DNA from: an uncultured virus (IMG/VR IMGVR_UViG_3300024252_000008)
Lineage: Duplodnaviria > Heunggongvirae > Uroviricota > Caudoviricetes > Schitoviridae
Length of the DNA stretch: 20,000 nt
Virus record (IMG/VR): IMGVR_UViG_3300024252_000008
Direction: 5' to 3' (one strand)
Shown: in pieces, positions 1 to 9,600 of the stretch
Layout: each line of letters opens with the position of its first letter
Numbering within the stretch: position 1 is the stretch's first letter
Notes under the pieces: generated by a model
The model's input: the letters and a program-made list of their open reading frames with translations, nothing else
Database searches by the model: none
Told to the model about the DNA's origin: nothing
Translations under genes and position numbers: made by a program

Positions 1-222
1 CCGATGCTTGTTGTTGGTGATGCTTCATTTACTACTATTGGTTTCCAGACCAGCGGTAAAAGCACCAAGTTTACCATCTTCCATAAGAAACCAGGTAAAG
101 AGATGGTTTCCACGCAGGATCCTTACGGTGAATCTGGGCTTATGAGTATCAAATGGTACTACGGTTCCATGATTTTGCGCCCAGAACGGTTGGCCGTGTT
201 GTGGACTGTTGCACAGTGGTAA
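1..222 (+). CDS. Major capsid protein, N4 gp56-like (C-terminal part; gene starts upstream of the window)
   Basis: Frame open from base 1. [24 protein letters not shown]...[26 protein letters not shown] closely resembles the C-terminus of N4-type major capsid proteins as I recall it. Followed by a terminator and the gp55-gp50 gene order. Confidence 0.93.
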   Translation, partial: PMLVVGDASFTTIGFQTSGKSTKFTIFHKKPGKEMVSTQDPYGESGLMSIKWYYGSMILRPERLAVLWTVAQW

Positions 223-229
223 AATCAAC

Positions 230-258
230 TTGACACTAAGTGTTGAGTAAAATGTAAT
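230..258 (+). promoter_or_regulatory. Possible sigma70-type promoter
   Basis: TTGACA at 230-235, 17-nt spacer, TGTAAT at 253-258 (5/6 match, but the key -11 A is missing). It lies directly before the terminator hairpin, so function is uncertain. Confidence 0.25.
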
Positions 259-263
259 TTACT

Positions 264-296
264 CTCTTCCCCTTTAATTAGGGGAAGAGTTTCTTT
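264..296 (+). terminator. Rho-independent terminator after the capsid gene
   Basis: 10-bp stem CTCTTCCCCT (264-273) / AGGGGAAGAG (280-289), loop TTAATT, then TTTCTTT. Confidence 0.85.
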
Positions 297-328
297 AACA
301 GTAACCTGACACAAATAAAGGTGGACAA

Positions 329-895
329 ATGGCAAAGCAAGCAACAGAATTAAGTCTTTTAAAAGATAGAGCAACACTAATGGGTATTAAATTTCATCCT
401 TCAATTGGAGTAAAGTCTTTGAAAGAAAAACTCAATGCAGTACTCAACTCGGAAGAAGAAGTAGAAGAGATGGTTGTACAGAAACCCAAGCCTCGATTTA
501 AACAGAAATCAGAAGCAACCCGTAAAGCGGAAAGTAATACCCGGTTGAGAAAAACAGCAAACCGGTTAGTTCGTATAAATTTAACATGCATGAATCCAAA
601 CAAAAAAGATTGGCCTGGAGAAATACTTAGTATCAGTAATCGAGTTATTGGTACTATTAAAAAGTTTGTTCCTTTTAATACTGAAGTCGGATATCATGTA
701 CCAGCAGCTATTTTAAGATTGGTGCAGGAACGAAAATACCAGGCTTTTAAAGAAATTAAACTACCCAATGGCCAGAAACAGAAAAGAGGCCATTTGGTTA
801 AAGAATTTGCAATTGAAATTTTAGATCCCTTAACTCCACAAGAACTGAAAGACCTAGCCCAACGCCAGGCGATGGGTAATAGAATAGAAGATTAG
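329..895 (+). CDS. N4 gp55-like conserved protein
   Basis: 188 aa, RBS AGGTGG. LKDRATLMGIKFHPSIG, RLVRINLTCMNPNKKDWPGEI and FAIEILDPLTPQELKDLAQRQA resemble the protein following the capsid gene in N4-like phages. Synteny agrees. Confidence 0.85.
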   Translation: MAKQATELSLLKDRATLMGIKFHPSIGVKSLKEKLNAVLNSEEEVEEMVVQKPKPRFKQKSEATRKAESNTRLRKTANRLVRINLTCMNPNKKDWPGEILSISNRVIGTIKKFVPFNTEVGYHVPAAILRLVQERKYQAFKEIKLPNGQKQKRGHLVKEFAIEILDPLTPQELKDLAQRQAMGNRIED

Positions 896-904
896 GAGTC
901 ATAA

Positions 905-1939
905 ATGGCAAACTTAACCCTTGATCCAATTGAAGTAGAACCAAATGTTAGTCTGGATGAACCAGATGTTGAGCAGTTAACTACCAGCAGCATTACTGGT
1001 ACCGGTGTATTTGATAAGCTAATGGCTGTTGTTAAGCTCCATTTGCTTGATGAATACAACAATGACCGTATTACTGGTGATGAGTACTCCAAAGTATATT
1101 TAGGGGCTCTTAGCGCTGTTATGCAGCAATCAATTGCTTTCCTTGACAGCCATCAGAATGGCCAACGGATCAGGGCAGAGATTGGCTTGGTAAGACAGAA
1201 GACTGTTACTGAGCTTGCTCAGACTGATGATACTATATTACTTAATCTTGGTTTTAATGGTACGACTGCTGTTGAAGGAGTAGTTGCTGATCAAAAGGCT
1301 CTGGTTACCCAGCAATTAGCTTTAGCAACTGCTCAGACTACTACTGCTACTGCTGAGAAGGATTTACTTGGTCAGAAGATTATTACTGAATTGGTCCAAA
1401 CTGGCGACAGTCTTGTTACAGCTAAAGCTGCTGGATACGGATATAATGGAAATGATAACCTTGGTGGTTTTGCTGAATATAAAAAACAACAACAAGAGAT
1501 GGATGTAGCTCTAACAGAACAGAAAATTGTAACTGAATTATCTAATACTAGTGACTCTAAACCAGCTACTTTAGGACAGATGAACTCTGTTACTGTTATT
1601 GAAGGTTTAGCATATCCTCAGAGAGAGAAAATTCTATCTGAAAAGAACTTACTTGATCAGAAAAAAGCAACTGAATTAGCCCAGATCCAAGATCTTACTG
1701 TTAGTGCTGCAATTGTTGCTGGTGTTATTGGTAAACAGAAAGCTTTATTCCAAGCTCAGACTGATGGATTTACTCGGGATGCAGAACAGAAAGCAGCTAA
1801 GCTTATGGTTGATGCTTGGTCAGTTTCTGCTACTATGGGTGTTGGTACAGTTAAATCAGCCAATCGTTTAGATGATCCTAATCTTGGTGCAATGTTGGAT
1901 GTTCTTCTGGCTGGGGCAAATGTTACACCAATTCCTTAA
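905..1939 (+). CDS. N4 gp54-like virion structural protein with internal QKxxTELxQT repeats
   Basis: 344 aa, RBS AGGAG. N-terminal GTGVFDKLM...RITGDEYSKVYLGAL and C-terminal GVIGKQKALFQAQTDGFTRDAEQKAAKLMVDAWSV are typical of this family. Synteny agrees. Confidence 0.82.
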   Translation: MANLTLDPIEVEPNVSLDEPDVEQLTTSSITGTGVFDKLMAVVKLHLLDEYNNDRITGDEYSKVYLGALSAVMQQSIAFLDSHQNGQRIRAEIGLVRQKTVTELAQTDDTILLNLGFNGTTAVEGVVADQKALVTQQLALATAQTTTATAEKDLLGQKIITELVQTGDSLVTAKAAGYGYNGNDNLGGFAEYKKQQQEMDVALTEQKIVTELSNTSDSKPATLGQMNSVTVIEGLAYPQREKILSEKNLLDQKKATELAQIQDLTVSAAIVAGVIGKQKALFQAQTDGFTRDAEQKAAKLMVDAWSVSATMGVGTVKSANRLDDPNLGAMLDVLLAGANVTPIP

Positions 1940-1944
1940 TTAAC

Positions 1945-1971
1945 TAATGGGGGCTTAATTAGCCCCCATTA
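1945..1971 (+). promoter_or_regulatory. Intergenic perfect hairpin (possible weak terminator, RNA stability or processing element)
   Basis: 11-bp stem TAATGGGGGCT (1945-1955) / AGCCCCCATTA (1961-1971), loop TAATT. No clear U-tract. Sits just before the AGGAG RBS of the next gene. Confidence 0.6.
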
Positions 1972-1983
1972 CTGTAGGAGCTT

Positions 1984-4200
1984 ATGGCAACTAGAGTTAC
2001 AGTAGCAACCGCAACAATGCAGCTTATGGAGCCTGATAATTCTCCTGTAGAGAATGCTGTCCTTTCTGCCGTTTTATCTGGCAACAATATAAGCAACAGT
2101 TTAACTAATATTGTACTAGGTGGTATGGCCACCAAAGTAGCCGGCTTTATGGGCTATGCTGAACAGTTTTATACTCTTGGTTTACCACAAGGAACTACTG
2201 ATACTTTATTTACCGCCCCTAAAGCTGATGTTGCAGCTGCAATTGTTACTGATATGATCTTACCCCTTGGAGTACAAGTTGAAGCATACTTCACAGATCC
2301 TTTATCGATCTACTATCTTGTTCTACCATTTTTAACTGCTGACCGAACCTATGATTATTTAACTCAAGAAATAACTACCTTTCCTGCAGGAATGACTATT
2401 CCTACTGTTAGTTCCACTGGTGCCTTAGCAATTAATAAAGTCACTTTGTATGAACTGTCTTTAGCTGCAGATAATGTTACAGTTACCATTACTTATAAAA
2501 TTCTAACCTCTTACGTTGTTCTCCACTCAAAGGCTAATGCTACCGTTGAATCAGATCCTGCTACTTATTACAATGAAGACCAGGTAATCAGTTCCAGCTA
2601 TGAATTAGGTGCTGAATACTGTATGGCCTCTTATTACGAGCTGGATGCTGGTGGCGCAACGACCCTGCCACTCAAATGGTGGGCATATAAACTTTCCGAT
2701 GGCACACATCCAGCTTTAAGTGGTACCGTTACAATACAAACTTCTACTGATTTTATGCCAGTGGTTCCTATTAGAAGAGTAAATATTGATCTAACTTCTG
2801 CACCCTATCAGAGTACTCAACAATATATTACCGGTAAAGCTTTACTAAAGAAAATAAAATTAGATATTGATGAGATTGCGACCCAAATAAATGATAACCC
2901 AGATAAAGATGATATTGATCATGCTTATGTAATGTTTGGGGTTAATATGCAGACTACCAGTAATGCAGGCATCTGGTACCTTGGAGAATTCTTTGAACAT
3001 ATTGGTGCCTTAACAACTGCTACTGCTTGGACCCATGTGGATGATATTCTTAATGGAGATTCAACAGTAAATGTTAATACTAAACAAACCTACACCATGA
3101 ATACCTCTCTTGTGGAGTATGGCCTTAAACTTAAAATTGAATTCTTATATATTACTACAGTTTTTATTGTTGGTTCAATTGGGGCTATTGGCACTGCTAC
3201 TAAGACGTTTACCCGGAATACTGTTGGTGATGTTTATAATTTAAGCTCTTGGGATGATAATTCTAAAGTAGTCTTCAAATTACAGACAGAAGCTAATTTA
3301 TATAAAGAAGTAACTGTATACGCTCCCAGACATAATAATGACATATGGACCGGGCATTCAGTTAATACTTACCTTAATGATGTAATCGATGATGCAGATA
3401 ATTTAAACTTTATTGTACCAGTGCATTACGGTGTATCTTTCAATATGAATAAGATAATGCAAAATCAACTTTATCAAGAAGCACTTATACTGGTTATTAA
3501 TGCTGTAGATGTTGTTAAGCTTAAATGGTATGAATCTAGTTTGTTTAAATTTATCTTTTTATTTGCATCTCTTGCTTTTGCATTATGGTCTGCTCAGCCT
3601 TGGTTGTTAGATCTTGCTACTGCAGCTTCGGCAGGTTATATGGCCGTTATTAATTTTATCCTACCTCAAGTTGTTTTTGGAGTAGCTTTAAATTATGGTG
3701 TACAGCTTATTGTAGAAGCCATTGGGCCAGAAGGTGCTGCAATTTTAGCAATTCTTATTTTTGCTATTACAGCATTTAAAGGGCCCTCCAGTTCTGGTAT
3801 ATCTGTATTCGGTAAAGACATGCTTACTTCTGATATATTATTATCCATGGTTCCTGCATTGTTAAATAAGAGTAATGAGTTTATAGCCGGTCAGTTAGAA
3901 AACCTAAAGCAAGAGTATGATAATTTCTTATTGGCTGCAGAAAAGCAATGGGATGAATTAGCACTTATTCAAGAAGAACTTGAACCTAATTTATTGGCTG
4001 AGAATCTTTTAATGGCACAATCAGCCAGGTTATTACAGCATCCTATAACAGATCCAGAAAAGTTTTATGAGTACACAATTCATGCAGGCAATATAGGTAC
4101 TGTTGTTGCACATGATATCGTACCTAATTTTTTTGATATGTCTTTAAAATTACCTGAACCAAATAATTATGCTTTTGCTAATATGGCAAATATAGGTTAA
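1984..4200 (+). CDS. N4 gp53-like virion protein with C-terminal hydrophobic/transmembrane segments
   Basis: 738 aa, RBS AGGAG. FMPVVPIR, INDNPDKDDIDHAYVMFGV, FIVPVH and KLKWYES followed by hydrophobic helices resemble N4 gp53 homologues. Synteny agrees. Confidence 0.82.
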   Translation: MATRVTVATATMQLMEPDNSPVENAVLSAVLSGNNISNSLTNIVLGGMATKVAGFMGYAEQFYTLGLPQGTTDTLFTAPKADVAAAIVTDMILPLGVQVEAYFTDPLSIYYLVLPFLTADRTYDYLTQEITTFPAGMTIPTVSSTGALAINKVTLYELSLAADNVTVTITYKILTSYVVLHSKANATVESDPATYYNEDQVISSSYELGAEYCMASYYELDAGGATTLPLKWWAYKLSDGTHPALSGTVTIQTSTDFMPVVPIRRVNIDLTSAPYQSTQQYITGKALLKKIKLDIDEIATQINDNPDKDDIDHAYVMFGVNMQTTSNAGIWYLGEFFEHIGALTTATAWTHVDDILNGDSTVNVNTKQTYTMNTSLVEYGLKLKIEFLYITTVFIVGSIGAIGTATKTFTRNTVGDVYNLSSWDDNSKVVFKLQTEANLYKEVTVYAPRHNNDIWTGHSVNTYLNDVIDDADNLNFIVPVHYGVSFNMNKIMQNQLYQEALILVINAVDVVKLKWYESSLFKFIFLFASLAFALWSAQPWLLDLATAASAGYMAVINFILPQVVFGVALNYGVQLIVEAIGPEGAAILAILIFAITAFKGPSSSGISVFGKDMLTSDILLSMVPALLNKSNEFIAGQLENLKQEYDNFLLAAEKQWDELALIQEELEPNLLAENLLMAQSARLLQHPITDPEKFYEYTIHAGNIGTVVAHDIVPNFFDMSLKLPEPNNYAFANMANIG

Positions 4201-4235
4201 TAATAAATAAATAAATTTTAATAAGGGGACTGACT

Positions 4236-4745
4236 ATGGTAAACAATAACGATCAATTTAATTTTGATTTTGATATAGATGAAAATTTATTTAAAACCGA
4301 TGTGGGCAAAACATATGGGTCTTCTCAGAATCAGAATTTTGTTAATCAAGGTTTTGGTTTAGGAGATTTAGCAAATCTTAACACTAATCCTCTTAATCTT
4401 CCTGACTACGATGGATTTAAGTTTTGGGGTAAAGGAGGTGTTGATGAGTTTGGCAGATATAGAGCTACTGGTATGGAACACCTTGGCGGATACCAAGATC
4501 CTCTTACTAAAATGAAACATGGTAGTTGGGCTGGTGGAGCATTTGATGCTCTTGAAGGGGGAGCTAAAGTTTATCTTGGTTTGAAGAAACTAGGACTGGC
4601 TGAAGATTCTTTTAACTTCCAGAAGCAAGCATTCAATAAAAACTATGCTGCTCAGAAACAATTAGTTGAGGCAGATTTTAATTGGCGTGAAAATGCAAGA
4701 AAACTAGCCAATGCTTCTTACCAGAAAAAAACTATTAATATCTAA
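4236..4745 (+). CDS. N4 gp52-like small virion/ejection protein
   Basis: 169 aa, no Cys, RBS AAGGGG. C-terminal SFNFQKQAFNKNYAAQKQL resembles gp52 homologues. Two genes upstream of the vRNAP. Confidence 0.75.
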   Translation: MVNNNDQFNFDFDIDENLFKTDVGKTYGSSQNQNFVNQGFGLGDLANLNTNPLNLPDYDGFKFWGKGGVDEFGRYRATGMEHLGGYQDPLTKMKHGSWAGGAFDALEGGAKVYLGLKKLGLAEDSFNFQKQAFNKNYAAQKQLVEADFNWRENARKLANASYQKKTINI

Positions 4746-4758
4746 GTAGGGGGACAAA

Positions 4759-6606
4759 ATGGCTCAGATTACTTGGCGGAATGTAAATGCACCCTCCTTT
4801 GAAGGCCCACTGGAAGCAATAGGTGATGCTAATGAAGATATTATTAGTGGGTTTGATCCTTTTAAAAAAATACTTACCGATCATCAAAAACTCCAGGAAG
4901 AGAATTTTATTCAACAAGGAGAAAATGTTGATACTGGTATCCAAGCTAACTTACAAAAGTTAAAATCTCTTGGTGAGTTGAACCAAGCAGAAGATGCAGG
5001 TCGGTTTGATATTGGTACTATAGAACAACAGTACGGTAAGATGGCGAACTTTGATAAGCTTACTAAAAATGTAGCCAAGCAACGTACTGATCTAAGGGCT
5101 GATGCACTTAGTATTGCCTCTGGAATTGGTACTCAAGCAGCCAACGATGGTAAGGATATTACTCTTGGTTCAAAGGCTGTATATGAAAATTTGATTGCTA
5201 AAGGCGCTGATAATGACTGGGCACTGCAACAGGCTTCTAAGTGGGAACAAGGAGCTGGGGTATTACAGAATAAATTTAATAAAGAAAGAAAAGATGCTAC
5301 AGACACTTTCTTATTAAATACAGGACCAATAACTTCTCCAGCAAAAATTCAAGAAACCATTGATGCGGGTAAACAACAAGGGATTAAGGCTAATTGGGAT
5401 GTTGTCCAGCAAAAGCTCACTCAAGAAATGTCAGCAAATAGAACAGAAAGTATTTATCAGAGACAAGAAGCTGATAGAGTAGCTCTTAACGCTTTCAACA
5501 CTGATTTTTTAAAAAATATTAATAATGGTATGGATCCTGCACAAGCAGTACAAGTTGGTGCTAAAAAAGCAAACCTTAATGGTACTCAGCAAATAGCTGC
5601 TTCTAACATGGCTCTAGGTTATGCAAAGCAAAAACAAAAACTTAAAGGTCCTCAAGAAGAAATGTATAATCAGCTTAAATTAGAAGCTGATTCACAGCTT
5701 ACACAACAACAAGCAGATGCTACTGCGCATATAGATTCTTTAAAGCAACAATTAAGTAATGTTACTGGGCTTGATGAGAATACAAAAACATTTGCTGAAA
5801 AAACAGTATTGCAGGATGGTGGTATGGTAGGCGAGATTATGAAGAGTCTCACAAAAACAGGAAAAGTCGAACCTTCTGATTGGTGGAGCGCTTTAAAAAC
5901 TAGCCCAGGTACTGTTAGTTCTATTTTAAATAATAAATTACAGCAATTAAGAAGTCTTCCTGGTATTAATGATGTTGATGCAAATAGTTTACTCTGGTTG
6001 GCTTATCAGGATTCTGTTGGAGATAGTTATGGTTTTGGTGGAGCAAAAGGAGTAGCCCCAAAAGCTTTAGATGCCACAATTAGAGCTCGAATGAGGCAAT
6101 ATAATGATGGTAAAGCTATTAGACAACAAATAATTACAGACTCTAAAAGTTTAAAAAGAGAACTTGAAAAAGCTGCAGTTGCAAAGAGTGGTGCATTACT
6201 AGGTTGGAGACAAGAACAACGAAAAGGAAACCTTTCTGGTACTGTCAATAATGGTTCATTTGTTGAACAAATGAGTACAGCTTTTTCAAAACTTCCTAAT
6301 GAATCTTCGCCTACTTTGCAAAAGCAATCTTTGATAGAGGCTAAAGCTGCTTTTAAGAGAGCCTTAGAGAACAATTCTGCTATTTCAAAACAAGTTGGGG
6401 ATCAACTAACCAAAGATATAAAACAAATGTCAGCAGTAGAATTTGAAAAAACTATAAAAAAACTCGGGGGTGTTACCCATACAGGAGCTCCTGTTGAAAT
6501 AATTAAAAAACTTAAAAGTGGGGACTTTACAAAAGGAACTTCCCGCCGTTTAAAAAAAGATAGAGACTCATTTTTACGAGCACTTCCGGTTAATCTTAAT
6601 AAATAG
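4759..6606 (+). CDS. N4 gp51-like virion/ejection protein
   Basis: 615 aa, no Cys, helical and Q/K/A-rich. Starts MAQITWRNVNAP, like the gene preceding vRNAP in N4-like phages. Confidence 0.78.
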   Translation: MAQITWRNVNAPSFEGPLEAIGDANEDIISGFDPFKKILTDHQKLQEENFIQQGENVDTGIQANLQKLKSLGELNQAEDAGRFDIGTIEQQYGKMANFDKLTKNVAKQRTDLRADALSIASGIGTQAANDGKDITLGSKAVYENLIAKGADNDWALQQASKWEQGAGVLQNKFNKERKDATDTFLLNTGPITSPAKIQETIDAGKQQGIKANWDVVQQKLTQEMSANRTESIYQRQEADRVALNAFNTDFLKNINNGMDPAQAVQVGAKKANLNGTQQIAASNMALGYAKQKQKLKGPQEEMYNQLKLEADSQLTQQQADATAHIDSLKQQLSNVTGLDENTKTFAEKTVLQDGGMVGEIMKSLTKTGKVEPSDWWSALKTSPGTVSSILNNKLQQLRSLPGINDVDANSLLWLAYQDSVGDSYGFGGAKGVAPKALDATIRARMRQYNDGKAIRQQIITDSKSLKRELEKAAVAKSGALLGWRQEQRKGNLSGTVNNGSFVEQMSTAFSKLPNESSPTLQKQSLIEAKAAFKRALENNSAISKQVGDQLTKDIKQMSAVEFEKTIKKLGGVTHTGAPVEIIKKLKSGDFTKGTSRRLKKDRDSFLRALPVNLNK

Positions 6607-6614
6607 GATGTCTT

Positions 6615-9600
6615 ATGTTTGATCCAGAGCTTGCTCCGCAAAAAGGTATTGATCTTCAAAATACTCTTCAAGCTAAGATAGATATATTGAATAGTAAAAC
6701 AGCAGAAAAGCAATTTGATACTGCAACTATGGAAGCACAGTTACGAAGCAGTGTTAACACTTTTCAAGAACCTAATCAGCCTTTAATCCCTTATAAAGAG
6801 ACTCTTCCTGAAGCAGCAGCTCGGGGTGTTGTAGAATCAGTTAAGGGCATTCCTATGTTAGCTTCAGGTGTAGTAGCTGGCGGTGCTCTTGTGGCTGAAA
6901 AGATTGTAGGGGAAGGTGGTATTGCTACCAAGATTAAAGAAGCGGCTGCTGGTAAGTATCATAAAATTGAACAAGACATTGGTGTGGGCGCCCAACCAGA
7001 AGATTCTTTTACTTACTCTTATGAAAAAGCTAAAGAAGGCGATTGGAAAGCATTAGTTTCTTGGTTCTCCCATGGTTCGGGTTATGTGGCCGGGCAATTA
7101 ACTAGCTTGTTGGTTGGTAGTGGTATTATTAAAACCGGTGTGGAGCTTACTGGTAAAAAAGCAATTAGTAAGCTTATGGGTGGTTTAGTTAAGAAAGAAG
7201 CTGATCGGATAGCTAAACAGCAATTAATTACTCAAGGTGCTAAAGTAACTACTGAAAACATTGCTAAAGTTGCTGCAACTGATTCAGTATCTAAATTAGC
7301 AATATCTTCTGTAACCAGTAAAGCTGGTACCCATATTGGTATGGCCTCTGCTGGTTTTGGTTTAGAGGGTGGTGAGATATTTGGTACTCTATCCCAGGAA
7401 GCAGATGTAACCTGGAAACAAATCCAGAAAGCTGGAATTGCTACTGGACTGGCCGGAGCAGTTGAATACTTAGATTTACTGTTTAATGTAAAAGCTTTAA
7501 AAGGTGGCCTCAGTACCATTGGTGGATTAGGTAAAAAAGTAAGTGGTGTGGCCGGCAAAGCTACCAGAGTTGGTGTAACCGCAGGTAAAGTTGCTCCTGT
7601 TGAATTTGCTGAAGAGTACGCGCAAACAGCCATTGAACAATGGGGTACTGGTAAGAATCCTTTCTCTGCTGAATCTCGTAAAGAACAGTTTGATGCTGGT
7701 ATGCTTGGTTCACTTGGTGGACCGGTTACCAGTGTAGGCGGAGTATTTACTCGGTCAGAACAGGAACAGCAAGAATCTACTGAACGTAAAGCAGAACGTA
7801 AAGCTCTCAGGGTTAAAGCGAATCCTAAAGCACAATTAGGTTATGAAGATAAATTATCAGCTGCTGTTGAAACAGAAGACATTTCCATGCATAAAGATAA
7901 TCCTGTATTGGCAGCTGAAGCATTACAACAGATTAATCAAAAGAAAGATCTGGATCCATCGGTTAAAATAACCAATCATGATAAAGCAATAGAGATCCAT
8001 AATGCAGTAGATGCTGAATTCCAGGAACAAATTAAAGAAGTACAGAAGTACCAGGCAATTAAAGAAGAAAGAGAACTTACTAAAGAAGAGGGTGAGTTAG
8101 CCGTCTCTGCAATGAAACAAGCCATGGCCTCTAAAGCCATCATAGATCAGATAGTACCGGTCATCGATAGTATGGGCCGAGAAGAGACTGCTTCACCTGA
8201 GAAACTCAAAGAAGTTAAGACAATTCTTAAGGGTTCTGATTCTGTTAAGATCCAGGAAGCTATTCTTACTGTTTTTGGTTCAAAAGGTGATTTTACAGAT
8301 GCTGATATCAATGAGGTCCTGAATAACCCCAAAATAGACGATATAACGAAGGTTAAGTTCAAACGCATACTCTCCTATCAGAAAAGTGCCAAAGCGACTC
8401 TAGAGGGCCAAAAAAGCCCTATAAACAAGACATCTGTGCAGGTGAACCAAGATATTATCAATGGTAGAATCAAAGATAAATTTAAAGGTATCAAGGGCTA
8501 CCTGCAATCCATAGCCATTGCAACACAAAATAAGGACACCAAATTAGCTAAATCTCAGTTATCAGATCTTCAGGCATTCACTGAAAGACATGCCATTAAA
8601 GCTGATTTATTTCGTAGACTTCAGGATGCAGTAATTAAAGCAAAAGCTAAAACAACTGAAGAACAAGAAGCAGTCATTAAAACATTCTCTGCGGCTGATC
8701 AGAAATTCTTAGAACAACTGAACACTGAACGTGCATCAATTGGTTATAATGCCGATTATGACTTTAATACAAACTTTGAAGCTTCAATTCAATCCATGGA
8801 GCGTGAGGCTGATTCTCTGTCTGAAGCTCTTTCAGTTGCACAGGATATGATCACCCCTCCCCAAGCTCAGCCTACTGCCGAAAAGGTTGTTCAGTCTGAG
8901 ACTGAGGAGGAGGAAATTTCTGCAGCGACAGCGGAAGATGTTTCCTCAGAGGAAGTCGGAAGTAATGAACAACCTTTGAGTGCTGAGCAAGAAATAACTT
9001 CTTTAGTTAAAACAAATAAAGGAAAATGGGTTACTGTTGATTTTCCTAAATACACTGGTACCTTTAAAGCTCAGGTAACTGGTAATGTGATTCCAGATAG
9101 CTTCAGTATAGTTAATGGGGTAAAAACTGTTACTGGTTATAGTATTGAAATAAAAACAAATACAGGTAAAGTTCTTACTGCAACAGCACAAGAATTAGGT
9201 TTAAAAGCCTATAAAACAGACCAAGATATTGAAACAACTACACCAGTACAAGAAGATTTTGTAGTTGAAGAGGAAGATACTTTTTTTGGTCAGGATGAAT
9301 CTGAAACATTCTTAACATTAGAAGAAATGACCAAAGCGGAATTACAAACTCTTTATCAGAATACTGAAAAAACTAATACTGACAGAAGACAAGAAATTGA
9401 AGCAGTACTTAGAACAAAGCATGCAACTGAAAAGAAACCAAAGAAAGAAGATGGCTCTAAACCCGAAGAAAATGCTGACGACGCGTCGGCATTTTCTGAG
9501 TCTGAGCCATCTGAAAAAACTTTATTTAGGGGGCAGGAAGAGGCTCCTTATATAGACGATAAAGGTAATTTAGTTTTAACCCCTACTCATGATTCCTTGT

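Noticed and set aside
230..247. N4-type vRNAP hairpin promoter (ACAC-TAA-GTGT)
   Set aside because: The stem is short and lacks the GC-closed purine triloop of N4 promoters, which are expected in the early region rather than among late genes.
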